Shown: piece after piece, positions 37,402-48,028 of the stretch
Numbering within the stretch: the stretch's first letter is position 1
How the letters are laid out: each line of letters opens with the position of its first letter
IMG/VR virus record: IMGVR_UViG_3300008262_000231
Coordinates: 34,724 to 98,723 of that record
Source of the DNA: a virus
DNA: 64,000 nt
Strand: one strand, 5' to 3'
Notes under the pieces: model-generated
The model's database searches: none
Told to the model about the DNA's origin: nothing
What the model saw: the letters and a program-made list of their open reading frames with translations, nothing else
Translations under genes and position numbers: made by a program

Positions 37402-40400
37402 ATGGCAGGAAAATCAGGACCAAAATTATTTGATTATAATTCATCATTTTCTGTTCTCAGAACAAATCCAAAGATAACTGGGAATTTAAAAATAACGGTA
37501 GATTCTAATGGATCTGTTTCTTTTAATTCTTTTTCTGCTAATACTACATTAAGCTCAAAAGAGTATAAGAAATTTAATATAACGGGAAAAAATTCTTTTA
37601 ATGTAGACGTATATAATTTTTTTAAGCAGGGTCAAACACCTATCGAATCTATATTCCAAGTAGCAAAAAAAACAAACGGGGAAACAAAAACCTCTACTAA
37701 TTATACAGGACAATATGATTTCTTTTATGGAAGCGGAGCTTCTCTTTTTATAGATCCTAACTACCCTGAAGCTTTTAGTTATCTTTCTCCCCTTTGGTTA
37801 AAAGATCAATTACCTGATTTTTTTGTTATATTTAAAGTTCCAGGACCTTTAAATTATTCTTATACAGAAAATCAAACTACTATAAACGGTGGAACTTTTT
37901 ATAAAGTTATAGCAGATTATGATAGCTCATACATAAATCCGAATACTAATCTTCCTGATTATAAAATAAAATACGGAAAGGATCCTTTAGGTAATGATGT
38001 TTATTATACGGGGGGAAGTATATTTGAAGGTAATTTATCTTATAACTCATATACGCCTTTCGAAGGGAGTGGAAAAGTTGTAATTTTTGATGAACTTTAT
38101 AATCTGGGAAAAGTTGATGACGTTGAAACTACTTTTAAGGACAAGATACTTACAAATTCTACAGTTATCAAAACTTTCGATCTTAGAGAAAATACTTTAA
38201 TAGGAACCTACATAAGATCTATAATCAATAACAATAATTTCTCAAAATCCCCTATAGATATAAATTGGTCTCCTAATGGATATTCTTATTGGAATGGGGT
38301 TGATATAAAGAATGGTGTTTTTACCTCTAAAGGTGAAATACTATATGATTACTTAAGATCTTCTGATTCTGATTCTATGATAGATCTGGAAGATTATGTC
38401 ACTTCTGGATTTTCTAGAAATGGTATAATTTGCCCAAATCTATTAAATCTAGAATTTTTATTCGATGACGAGGATTCTGATCTTTATACGATAAATAGGT
38501 ATTTCGGAATGTATGTTTCCCGAAATGATATAGGATCTCTCAGAAGTAATGGAAATTTTTTCTATGAATTTAAGGATCTTCCGGGAAATGAGAATCTACC
38601 AAAACCCTCTAGAAATAATGTGGGATATTATTACAACACAGAAAGTAATAAAATAGGAGCTACCTCCGGAATTAAATTCTTTTATGAGAATGGATCTGGA
38701 TTTATCCCTGGATCTAATGATGTTAATCTGTATGATCCTAATAAATTATTTTATTTAACCGATAAGAATGAAAATTTCTATAGTCTTAAAAGATCTGAGA
38801 ATTATGATATTAATGGTGTAAATTCCCCGGATTTCTTTGGTCCTTATGATTACAACACTCTTTCTTTTGGAGGAACCGGCTCTCTGGGAGCCACTTCAGG
38901 GTCTCTTTCCTTGCAGGATACTAAAATAGATCTTTTAGATTTTACCGGGGTCGGTAAAAAAATAGCTTCTGTTAAAGCATCTAAACCGGAAGATGCAGGA
39001 AGATCCTATATAGATATAGAATTTTTAAAACCTTATGATTTACCTTCTACTTTAACTTTTAAAATATTTTGGCCAAATGGATCCCAAAAAGAAGGGTCTA
39101 GAAAATATGATATCGTAGAATCTAAAGACCTATCTTCTATATTTCCTTGGCTAAAAGGAGCATATTATTCATCAGGGGATTCTTATTATTTTAATGCCTA
39201 TTTAGGGGACGTTAGCGACATTTCTGGGGCCTTTGCTAATGTATTAGATGACTTGAATGTTACTAGCTGGGACACCGGATCTAATGAAGGTTACACCACA
39301 ATCAGACTTAAGAACACGGGTACTTATGGAAATTCTTCTTTCTCTGTGAGTATTTTTGATGACTATTTAAATTTTAAATCATCTTATAAAAAAGAATGGA
39401 ATAATACTGATCCATATTCTACTGGGGATATTGTTTTATATCTGGATAAATATTACCAGGCTAATAGCTCTATACCTTCTCCCTTAGTAGGAAATTTCAA
39501 TAGTCCTCCCTTAGATTCTTTTTCCTGGGATTTCTATTATACTTTCTCCCAATCAGATTATATTAAAATAAAAGGAATTGATGCTGTATCTAATCAAAAT
39601 TTTAATTTTATAGGAGGAACTAAAACTAAAAATAATAGATTGGTTTTTGAAAGCAGATATTCGAATCAGGTTCAAGTAGGAGATTTTATACAGACCCTTA
39701 GCGGATTTAATGAAATAAAGGGGGTAACCAAATACATAGATTCCCCTGTAGTAGATTCAAATACAAAAAAAGTTATTTCTTTCGATGGGCTTTTGACTAA
39801 ACTAGTAGTTGAATTCGAGGATGATTACGCAAGAGTAGATCTAGGATCTGATGAATCTTTTAATACTTATTCTACTCCGGATTTAAAGGTAGGAGTTTTT
39901 ACATTTTTCGACTTTAAAGAATTTGATTTTGATTTCTTTACATCTTCTTATTCCTACAATCCTTTCCCTGAAACTTATAAATATTACGGGATAAAGCCGA
40001 ATACGGATGGGTCCATAGAAGATGGAATACCTTATTTCGTTAAACAGGGGGAAATAATCTATAATTCTAATATTTTTGGTACGGGATCTCTTTTTTATGG
40101 GGTTACGGGCATAACATCCTATTCGGAATACAACCCAAATCCTAATTTTCCTGTAGTTGTATTTCCTGCACAGTATTCTAATGTTGAATACAATAGTACG
40201 TCAGTTACTTATCCTAATATCGGATATGAAACAAATTTAGATACATTTAATGGATTTATAGGAATACAGAAATTAAATCCGGGATCTCCTTCCACTACAG
40301 ATACAAAAGAGCAAATATTTTCTTTTGGGAAATTGGAAACCGAATATGAATATCTTTTAGAAAATTATAATCCAAGATTATCCAATTATTCCAGAATAGT

Positions 40401-42921
40401 TCCTTTTGTGAATAAATGGGCTTATTCTTCAGGAACTGATGCTAGAGGAAATTCTTATAGATTAAATTCTACACCTGCTTTTTCCCCCACTAATTTTTCC
40501 CCTTCTGTAGATAGAAACAGAAGAGATCCTAAGTATCTTACCCATGAATGGTTTTTATTGGAATCTCCTCCTTCTAAATTTCCTATAGAATATATGGGGG
40601 ATCAGAATAACTATTTGCCTTATCCTATAGATTTATCTAGTGCTAAAGATGCGGACCCTAATTCTGGAAATTACAATTATTTATCTTCTTATTTTACAGT
40701 AGAACCCAAAGATTATCCTATTGTCTTTTCCGATTCTAGGAATTACACTAAAGAATTATTTACCCCTTTAATTTATAATAAAGCATCCCAGTATTACGAA
40801 ACTCTTTTCAGGGGGGTTAAAATATCAATAAAGAAGAGATCTGATATATCCGGAAATGATCCAGAGGATAAAAATAGATATGTACTCGGATATAAGGGAT
40901 TTGAGGATTATAAATTCTCCGCTGTTTTAAGAGCTATCCCTGAGGGTTCTTCAGTAATCCAATCCCCGGTAAAATATGAAATTATAGAAAATGTTTCCCA
41001 GAAATTTATAGTTTTTATTTGTGATGTTGTAATTAAAGACCAAAAAGCTTTTAATCTGGGGTACACAGGGGGAACGGGATCGACCCCGGTTTTAGACTAT
41101 ACCCTATTGTATACTCTTTCAGATAAAGAAAAAATAACTTTTCCTCTAGTAGATGGGAAAAAATTTAATTCTATAGATGATATAAAATTAAGTGTAGGAC
41201 TAGATCTTTCTCTATCCTCGGGAAGTTTAGTGAATACGATAGATCCTAGCGGATTTATTTATTCAATACCAAATCCAGAATATAATACTGATTTAAGAGA
41301 AGAAATTACTAAAACATTTTCTGCAAATACACCGGGAGCTACTTCCTCTCCTGGAGCTAGTGGTCCTTTAAGCTTTTACGTTCCAAGTATATCTACTGGT
41401 CTTAATTATCCCTGGCCAATAGGAGTAAATTCGAATTCTATAGAATTTGGAAAAATAACGGCTTCTCCGGATTACACTTTTAATATACCATACTCTTTTG
41501 TTAGCCCTGCAACTGTACCAGTAGGTCCATCGTCAATATACAAGGATCAACCTGTTTTCCAGGTAGAAGGAGGATCTAATTACTATGATGCTATAATGAA
41601 TAGAATATCGGTAGGATACATATTCGGGGAATTACAGAAAAGATCTTCTTATATAAAATATAAAACATACTCATGGGATTCTAATTCATCTTCGACCAAA
41701 GTATCCTCAGATTCTTTTGAAATTGAATTCGAAAGACCGGATCTATTATTAAAACCACAAGGATCTATTGTCTTACCTTTATATAATGGACCTAAAACAT
41801 TAGGATCCAATGATCCTACGGCATATACTTTCGAAACCGATCGAAGTCCTAATCTATCTTCTAGCCTTATTAGATATTCGGGAAAATATGATCCAATATT
41901 TAGAAAAATATTACATTTCGATAAGGATAAATCCGATACGATATCAGGAGATACCTCTATAGATCTTTCTTTTAGAAATTGTAATTTCGCACCACATAAA
42001 TATTATTTTGGAATATCTAGAAATCTATGTTTTACGAAAGTTGATCTAGGTTCTAATATATTATCATTGAGTGCTAATCTTCCCCAAGGTAGCGTTTATC
42101 CTTTAGTTGGCCAAACCCCTATATCCAGAAAAGATTTTAATGTTTTTTCTTCTTCTTGGGATCCCGGATATTATGAGAGATTTACTTTACCTGAAACTTC
42201 GGTTAAAGTTGCGGGAACAAGATCAATGGAGGAGTATAAAACATTTATGGGATCTAAGATAATGAAAACTCCTTATGAGATTTATGTTAATAACTATACA
42301 GTTTTAGAGATTTCTAGAACTTCTGGGGATAATTCTGTTTCTACTATAAACGAAAAATTAAATTCTTACATAAAAGATATTCAGAATATAGATAATGCTA
42401 ATTCGGGAACTGGGATAGGATTCGGGGGAACCTATTTATCCGGAGTAGATCTTCCTTCTTTAAATCAAAATCTATTTTCTAATGTGGAAGTATTTTACCA
42501 GTATTTACCAGATACAAATAAAATTTTCGGTATCATAAGATTGGATAGGATATTAAGAAGATATCTTTTGAATTCCGGGATAAAAAATGTATTCCAGAAT
42601 AATATAATATCTGAATTTGGTGTAGGAGATCCTAATTCTATAAATGATGATATAAACACTTATATAGATTTAAATATAGCTCCTGCCTACGAGGGAGGTA
42701 ATTTTAATTTATATGTAAAAAAGACAGCTTCGGAAACTATATCAATAAATAATTTAGTCATAGGAGATATCACTTCTTACAAAAGAGCTACGGGAGGGTA
42801 TTCTTTAAATGGAAATTACACTTTAACTAAAATAAATAATTTAGTTTATAATTTTACTTTCGATATGGAGAAAAATTTTAATTATTCTTTATCTTTTTCA
42901 ATCCCGATTATTAAAATTTAA
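37402..42921 (+). CDS. very large putative virion protein with an internal CBM5/12 (ChtBD3)-like module
   Basis: 1839 aa; EWNNTDPYSTGDIVLYLDKYYQAN...W resembles the chitin-binding type 3 motif. Confidence 0.6.
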   Translation: MAGKSGPKLFDYNSSFSVLRTNPKITGNLKITVDSNGSVSFNSFSANTTLSSKEYKKFNITGKNSFNVDVYNFFKQGQTPIESIFQVAKKTNGETKTSTNYTGQYDFFYGSGASLFIDPNYPEAFSYLSPLWLKDQLPDFFVIFKVPGPLNYSYTENQTTINGGTFYKVIADYDSSYINPNTNLPDYKIKYGKDPLGNDVYYTGGSIFEGNLSYNSYTPFEGSGKVVIFDELYNLGKVDDVETTFKDKILTNSTVIKTFDLRENTLIGTYIRSIINNNNFSKSPIDINWSPNGYSYWNGVDIKNGVFTSKGEILYDYLRSSDSDSMIDLEDYVTSGFSRNGIICPNLLNLEFLFDDEDSDLYTINRYFGMYVSRNDIGSLRSNGNFFYEFKDLPGNENLPKPSRNNVGYYYNTESNKIGATSGIKFFYENGSGFIPGSNDVNLYDPNKLFYLTDKNENFYSLKRSENYDINGVNSPDFFGPYDYNTLSFGGTGSLGATSGSLSLQDTKIDLLDFTGVGKKIASVKASKPEDAGRSYIDIEFLKPYDLPSTLTFKIFWPNGSQKEGSRKYDIVESKDLSSIFPWLKGAYYSSGDSYYFNAYLGDVSDISGAFANVLDDLNVTSWDTGSNEGYTTIRLKNTGTYGNSSFSVSIFDDYLNFKSSYKKEWNNTDPYSTGDIVLYLDKYYQANSSIPSPLVGNFNSPPLDSFSWDFYYTFSQSDYIKIKGIDAVSNQNFNFIGGTKTKNNRLVFESRYSNQVQVGDFIQTLSGFNEIKGVTKYIDSPVVDSNTKKVISFDGLLTKLVVEFEDDYARVDLGSDESFNTYSTPDLKVGVFTFFDFKEFDFDFFTSSYSYNPFPETYKYYGIKPNTDGSIEDGIPYFVKQGEIIYNSNIFGTGSLFYGVTGITSYSEYNPNPNFPVVVFPAQYSNVEYNSTSVTYPNIGYETNLDTFNGFIGIQKLNPGSPSTTDTKEQIFSFGKLETEYEYLLENYNPRLSNYSRIVPFVNKWAYSSGTDARGNSYRLNSTPAFSPTNFSPSVDRNRRDPKYLTHEWFLLESPPSKFPIEYMGDQNNYLPYPIDLSSAKDADPNSGNYNYLSSYFTVEPKDYPIVFSDSRNYTKELFTPLIYNKASQYYETLFRGVKISIKKRSDISGNDPEDKNRYVLGYKGFEDYKFSAVLRAIPEGSSVIQSPVKYEIIENVSQKFIVFICDVVIKDQKAFNLGYTGGTGSTPVLDYTLLYTLSDKEKITFPLVDGKKFNSIDDIKLSVGLDLSLSSGSLVNTIDPSGFIYSIPNPEYNTDLREEITKTFSANTPGATSSPGASGPLSFYVPSISTGLNYPWPIGVNSNSIEFGKITASPDYTFNIPYSFVSPATVPVGPSSIYKDQPVFQVEGGSNYYDAIMNRISVGYIFGELQKRSSYIKYKTYSWDSNSSSTKVSSDSFEIEFERPDLLLKPQGSIVLPLYNGPKTLGSNDPTAYTFETDRSPNLSSSLIRYSGKYDPIFRKILHFDKDKSDTISGDTSIDLSFRNCNFAPHKYYFGISRNLCFTKVDLGSNILSLSANLPQGSVYPLVGQTPISRKDFNVFSSSWDPGYYERFTLPETSVKVAGTRSMEEYKTFMGSKIMKTPYEIYVNNYTVLEISRTSGDNSVSTINEKLNSYIKDIQNIDNANSGTGIGFGGTYLSGVDLPSLNQNLFSNVEVFYQYLPDTNKIFGIIRLDRILRRYLLNSGIKNVFQNNIISEFGVGDPNSINDDINTYIDLNIAPAYEGGNFNLYVKKTASETISINNLVIGDITSYKRATGGYSLNGNYTLTKINNLVYNFTFDMEKNFNYSLSFSIPIIKI

Positions 42922-42923
42922 AT

Positions 42924-44504
42924 ATGCCAAATACTAACATACAGGGACTTAATTATTCGGATAGCCAGAATGAAATTGTTAATAAACTTAATAACAATTT
43001 TGATGAATTAATAGAGCTCCACGGAGGGGTCCAGGGAAATATTGGTCCTACGGGGGGAGAAGGACCTATAGGGCTAGCCGGAAAAAATGGAAGCCCGGGG
43101 ATTACTGGTCCTAGGGGAACAAGATGGTTTGTAAGATCTACACAGCCCGGAGGAACCGGATCCTATGCCGTAGAAGGTGATTATTGGGTAGAGATTCCCT
43201 CATCTAAAATCTATATTTTTACCGATTCAGGTTGGCAGGATACTGGATACACTCTATCCTCACAAAATGTATTATTTAGGGATATAGCATACACTTCTAT
43301 AGGAGGATCTGCTGGAACTTCTATAACGGAAAACCAAAATTCACCTTCACTATATACATTTGTTATAGGAGATCAATCCCCCGAGGATTCTCCTCTGATA
43401 AATAAAGAACTTTCTAAATTTAGGATTTCGACAGATACTTCTATAAATTCTGGACCTTTATTGGAATTTTCCAAAAGCGATATAGAAGACGGGTCTATTT
43501 CGGATTATTCTTCACATCCTGTTTTCTATTGGGGTAATTCAGTATCTAGTAATTCAGATTTAAATCTAGACGTATTGGGAGGTAAATTCTCTATAGGAGG
43601 AAGTGGAGGAGTAGGAATATCAGCTTCTAATATAAATTTAGATTCTCCAGTAGGTATTACTTTTGAAGGTACTTATGAAATTCAAGCTATAGGGGGAATT
43701 AATTTAAATTTTCCATCCGGTACAACAACTATATTATCGGATAATCTTGAGACAGGATCTACTTTTACGTCAATGAAAAGAACTCTTAGCTTAATTCCTA
43801 CTCTAACGACATCGATCCCTAGTGTTTATGTTTCATCGGGAGTAAATGTAGGTCTAAAAACCGAAAGAACAGGGGACACTTACGATGATATTCAGCAATT
43901 CCCTGCATATAACGTTATGTTGGAATCAAACGGTGCAACTGCTTCAGAATCTCAATTTTTTATAAGTACTAAAGGAAAGATAAAAACAAATAAAGTAGAT
44001 GGGGGAATAACCTATCCTAGCAGTATTCCGGGAGCTACCTCTATGGACGGGGCCAATTTAATATATTGGTATCTCGGAGCTAGAACTTCTTCCCCTGCGG
44101 CTTCTACCAATTCTAATGTATATAGGCCTTTCCCTTTAAATTCCGGAAATATTGCGGTAATTAACACTTATTCTTCTACCGTATATTCTAGTTCTTTTTG
44201 TGGAATTGGAATATATTCAGGATCTGATTATTCCTGGGGATCAACCGGGGGACTGGAGAGAGGCCAATCCATGAGATTTTCTGTTTACTGTAGTCAAAAT
44301 CCAAATTCGGCATTAGGTTTTAGCGGATTTAAATATATAGGATACGGGATAAATAGTTCAAGTATAAATACAGTAAACGAACTTAATTTCTTTGCGTCCT
44401 CAGTAGATTTTGTAATATCTAGGGGAGCAACAGGATCCGGAACTAGTGTAAGCTATCTAGCATACGGAACATCTGGCGGATCTGGAGGATCTTTTTACTT
44501 CTGA
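42924..44504 (+). CDS. collagen-repeat fibre protein (paralogue 1)
   Basis: DSQNEIVNKLNNNF then 10 Gly-X-Y triplets, GTRWF, GDYW. Confidence 0.75.
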   Translation: MPNTNIQGLNYSDSQNEIVNKLNNNFDELIELHGGVQGNIGPTGGEGPIGLAGKNGSPGITGPRGTRWFVRSTQPGGTGSYAVEGDYWVEIPSSKIYIFTDSGWQDTGYTLSSQNVLFRDIAYTSIGGSAGTSITENQNSPSLYTFVIGDQSPEDSPLINKELSKFRISTDTSINSGPLLEFSKSDIEDGSISDYSSHPVFYWGNSVSSNSDLNLDVLGGKFSIGGSGGVGISASNINLDSPVGITFEGTYEIQAIGGINLNFPSGTTTILSDNLETGSTFTSMKRTLSLIPTLTTSIPSVYVSSGVNVGLKTERTGDTYDDIQQFPAYNVMLESNGATASESQFFISTKGKIKTNKVDGGITYPSSIPGATSMDGANLIYWYLGARTSSPAASTNSNVYRPFPLNSGNIAVINTYSSTVYSSSFCGIGIYSGSDYSWGSTGGLERGQSMRFSVYCSQNPNSALGFSGFKYIGYGINSSSINTVNELNFFASSVDFVISRGATGSGTSVSYLAYGTSGGSGGSFYF

Positions 44505-44510
44505 TATATA
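44503..44510 (+). promoter_or_regulatory. putative late promoter GATATATA
   Basis: Overlaps the upstream stop, 9 nt before ATG 44520. Confidence 0.6.
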
Positions 44511-44519
44511 GAATAGAAA

Positions 44520-46166
44520 ATGAAAGAATTAAAATTATTATTATTAGAAAAAGGAGATTCACAGAAAAATCTAGTGGATAAGGCCAATTTTAATTTTAGC
44601 CAGATACTTTCTTTTGAAGGAGGTCCTTATGGAAAATTAGGACCCGAAGGAAAATCAGGGAATCCTGGATCCCAAGGACCTACTGGATCTTTTGGGCTCC
44701 AGGGAAAAAGAGGGAATAAATGGACAGTTTCGGATACTTCCCCTTCAGGACCTTTAAATGGAGATTATTGGATGAACCCCAGCTCTAACAATGAAATTAG
44801 AGTTTATAATTCATCCACAGGGATTTGGGATTTCTATTCTCTTAACATAAATGCATTAGATCTTTTTAGGGAATTTGGACCTCTCCAAACCCAATCTGGG
44901 GCTTCCTCTAAAAATGGATATTTTTTCTCCTTTCAGTATCCTTCTTTAAATACTTTCGTTCTTAGCGATTCTTATCTTACGAATGGATCTATTACAGCGA
45001 ATCCCCAATACACAAAAATGGTGATTTCTACCAACTCGCAGATTCCAGAAAGAAGGATACTAGAGTTTACAAAAGGCCCTTATCATGGTACTTCTTTTAA
45101 TCAAGAAACTCCTTCCTTCTTTTGGACTACCGGCCCAACATCAAGCAACGGGAACTATGGTTTAGGTTTTTTATGTCCTCAATCCCTTGATTTTAATCTA
45201 GACGGGGATCTTAATTTAAAATCCTTATCCGGATCTATTCTATTTAAATCTGGGGATCCCTCTAGTTTTGGCATGTACACTGATCTTAATGGTCTTTATT
45301 CTGCTAGTTCTTCTTTTGGGAATTTAAATATTAATATAGGACTAGTGTACGGAGATTCTCTTATTTTCGAATCTCAAAACATTAATTTCCAGAACACAGG
45401 GCTTAATAAAATAGAAACCTCCACGGTCTTAGACATAAGAACTACGGGATCTACCGGATCCCAGCCTTCTTTAAATCTGATAACAAGTAACCCGGGAGTA
45501 GGAAACCTATATTATAAAATGGATGAGGTTTACCCTTCTACTAGATCAGGATCTACCTTATTTAAAGCTACTAATTCGACAACAAGTATTTTAGAAATAT
45601 CAGGAAAGGGGGATTTTAAGGTTGATAAAATCATGTACCCCTTACACCCTTTAGAATCCCCTTCTGCTTACACCCCATCTTCAATTAAATATCTGATATT
45701 TAACCCTACTGTTTCATTAAACGGCCAAACGGATTCTTCATCTTTTAATGTTTCGAGAGGAGTTGATTATTATATAACCCCACCTGCTCTAGCGGGAAAC
45801 GGGAATGGATTATTGTTATGGACACCTAGCGATATCAATTCGGATAAAGGGTGGACGGATTTAATAGAGAAGGATGAGTATGTGAATTTTAGAATACATT
45901 CCGATTCAGATAAAAATGGGTTTAGGGTGGTTGGTATAAATACCTCTTCAAATAAATTAGCCCAGCCTGTTGGTACCGGTGCTGCTAATATAGTACCAGT
46001 TGGACAATATTGTACTTCGGTTGAATTCACAATAATAAATATAAGCAAAACCTCTACGGGGACTTCTACAACAAATAGATGGTTTAAGGTTCTATATCAT
46101 GCTTGGGGAGGAACATTAAGTGTTCCAGTATGCGGTGAATTATATACTAATGGATCTACACCTTAA
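44520..46166 (+). CDS. collagen-repeat fibre protein (paralogue 2)
   Basis: GDSQKNLVDKANFNF then 10 Gly-X-Y triplets, GNKWT, GDYW. Confidence 0.75.
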   Translation: MKELKLLLLEKGDSQKNLVDKANFNFSQILSFEGGPYGKLGPEGKSGNPGSQGPTGSFGLQGKRGNKWTVSDTSPSGPLNGDYWMNPSSNNEIRVYNSSTGIWDFYSLNINALDLFREFGPLQTQSGASSKNGYFFSFQYPSLNTFVLSDSYLTNGSITANPQYTKMVISTNSQIPERRILEFTKGPYHGTSFNQETPSFFWTTGPTSSNGNYGLGFLCPQSLDFNLDGDLNLKSLSGSILFKSGDPSSFGMYTDLNGLYSASSSFGNLNINIGLVYGDSLIFESQNINFQNTGLNKIETSTVLDIRTTGSTGSQPSLNLITSNPGVGNLYYKMDEVYPSTRSGSTLFKATNSTTSILEISGKGDFKVDKIMYPLHPLESPSAYTPSSIKYLIFNPTVSLNGQTDSSSFNVSRGVDYYITPPALAGNGNGLLLWTPSDINSDKGWTDLIEKDEYVNFRIHSDSDKNGFRVVGINTSSNKLAQPVGTGAANIVPVGQYCTSVEFTIINISKTSTGTSTTNRWFKVLYHAWGGTLSVPVCGELYTNGSTP

Positions 46167-46172
46167 AAAAAT

Positions 46173-47699
46173 ATGCATTTTAATAATAAATATATCAATC
46201 AAGGGGATTCCCAATCCGAAATAAAGGATAAAGTTAATTATAATTTTAATCAAATTCTTTCTTTTGCAATAGGCCACGAGGGATTAATAGGTCCAAAGGG
46301 AGCTACTGGAATTCCTGGACCTTCTGGAAAAATAGGGACAACAGGAAATACAGGGGATAGAGCTTCTGATTGGTACAGGGGAATAACTTTTCCTACTACA
46401 GGAAATCCCCAAGAATTCGATCTTTGGGTTAACGATTCTTCCGATTTAGCGGATATCTACGAAAGAGGTATTTCTTCTTGGTCTTATACTGGATTGTCTC
46501 TTTTTAATTCTAATTATTTTGGGGTTTATTCCGGAATAGCTATTTTTTCTTTTTCAAAATCGAATGGAAATTCTATAAATCCTCCTTCTTTTTATTGGAA
46601 AAATACAGGAACTTTATCCGATTTAATTTTTAAAAGCTCAGGAAAATTATCAATTAATACCTTATTGGACCTGGAGTTATCCTCTTATGAAGCTTCAGGA
46701 GGAGGGAATATGCAAATAAATGGTTCTTCTTTTAATGCTAATACTCTAGGGGATATTAATATCATAAGTCCTGGATACGATGTAAAATTTAAGACTAGTT
46801 CTTTTTCTTCTCCCCCAGTCTCCCCTATTTTAATATCTTCTCTTAATATAGGAATAGACACATTTAAATTATACACTAAAACTTTAACCGAGATTTCTCA
46901 TTATTCTGGACTTTATATTTTAAGTTCTAATCCTACCCCGGGTTCTCTCTTTAATTATTTTGGGGGAATTTCTATAAATTCAGATTCCACCACATCTAGG
47001 GTATTTGATTTCACAGGAATGGACGGTCATTCTGTTCTATACGGGCTTCCTTCGGGATCCGTTACATCAGGAAACCACAAACAAATTGTTTTCGGAGCAA
47101 GCGGAGGAGGTCCTACTGGTTCTACTGGAGCTCCCTATTCATATCACGTAAAAAGGCTAAACAATATATCTTTTTCTTCTGTAATTGCAGGATTTTTTAT
47201 TCCCTATAGCAAAAGAAATAATACTAAAATCACATTAGCGGATTTGGTAGGGGTTTCCGCTTATTTGGACGTTTCCAATGTTTCCCTTTGGAATTCCAAT
47301 ATGCTAGTATTAACTACCCCAAATGCTATTTCTGATGATGCTTATATATTTATACCTTCTTCTACTTCCCCATCTTTTGAACCTTTATTTTATTCCGGGG
47401 AAGGAAATGAATATAGGGTTTATCTGAATTCTATGATAGGAGCTAGAAAAATAAAAGGGATAGCTTATACTTATGTATATGAAGATACATCGGGTTCTTT
47501 AATTTCAAGAATCGTATATATTAATTTTCCTTCTACCTGCTCTTACGTAGATTTATTTTGGGCTTATCGGGGAAGTTCTACAAATCCAAACGGTAGGATA
47601 TTCTGGAAAACTTGTTCAGGATCTTCGGGAATACTTGAGACGACTAATCAATTTACCATATCTGCAAATACTGCTCCTACTTTTCCTTTATCCAGTTAA
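46173..47699 (+). CDS. collagen-repeat fibre protein (paralogue 3), apparently missing ~55 internal residues
   Basis: GDSQSEIKDKVNYNF then 10 Gly-X-Y triplets, SDWY, FDLW. Confidence 0.75.
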   Translation: MHFNNKYINQGDSQSEIKDKVNYNFNQILSFAIGHEGLIGPKGATGIPGPSGKIGTTGNTGDRASDWYRGITFPTTGNPQEFDLWVNDSSDLADIYERGISSWSYTGLSLFNSNYFGVYSGIAIFSFSKSNGNSINPPSFYWKNTGTLSDLIFKSSGKLSINTLLDLELSSYEASGGGNMQINGSSFNANTLGDINIISPGYDVKFKTSSFSSPPVSPILISSLNIGIDTFKLYTKTLTEISHYSGLYILSSNPTPGSLFNYFGGISINSDSTTSRVFDFTGMDGHSVLYGLPSGSVTSGNHKQIVFGASGGGPTGSTGAPYSYHVKRLNNISFSSVIAGFFIPYSKRNNTKITLADLVGVSAYLDVSNVSLWNSNMLVLTTPNAISDDAYIFIPSSTSPSFEPLFYSGEGNEYRVYLNSMIGARKIKGIAYTYVYEDTSGSLISRIVYINFPSTCSYVDLFWAYRGSSTNPNGRIFWKTCSGSSGILETTNQFTISANTAPTFPLSS

Positions 47700-47732
47700 T
47701 ATCATTTGAGGAAAAAAATATATACTTAAAAG

Positions 47733-47761
47733 GAAATAGAACATGAACTCCCTAATATAAA
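47733..47761 (+). promoter_or_regulatory. putative bipartite phage promoter GAAAT-N18-TATAAA
   Basis: Conserved 18-nt spacing across five intergenic sites. Confidence 0.5.
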
Positions 47762-47770
47762 CTTAAAACT

Positions 47771-48028
47771 ATGAAAAGATTAAATAAAAGAGAACAGAAT
47801 GAAATATTAAATTTATCTAAAAGATTTATCGACATACATTCAAAAATAGTTAAAGTTGAAAAAGAGATTCAATTTTTAGAAACCCAATCTTCTAATCTAA
47901 TTTTAGATCTTGAATCCTGTAGAGAAATAGAAAAAGAATTCTGTGAAAAAATGAGCGAAAAATACGGAATAGGAGAATTAGACCCATTATCAATGACATG
48001 GAAAATAAAGACGGAAAAAGTAAAATGA
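47771..48028 (+). CDS. small coiled-coil protein
   Basis: 85-aa heptad-rich ORF ending EKYGIGELDP. Confidence 0.65.
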   Translation: MKRLNKREQNEILNLSKRFIDIHSKIVKVEKEIQFLETQSSNLILDLESCREIEKEFCEKMSEKYGIGELDPLSMTWKIKTEKVK

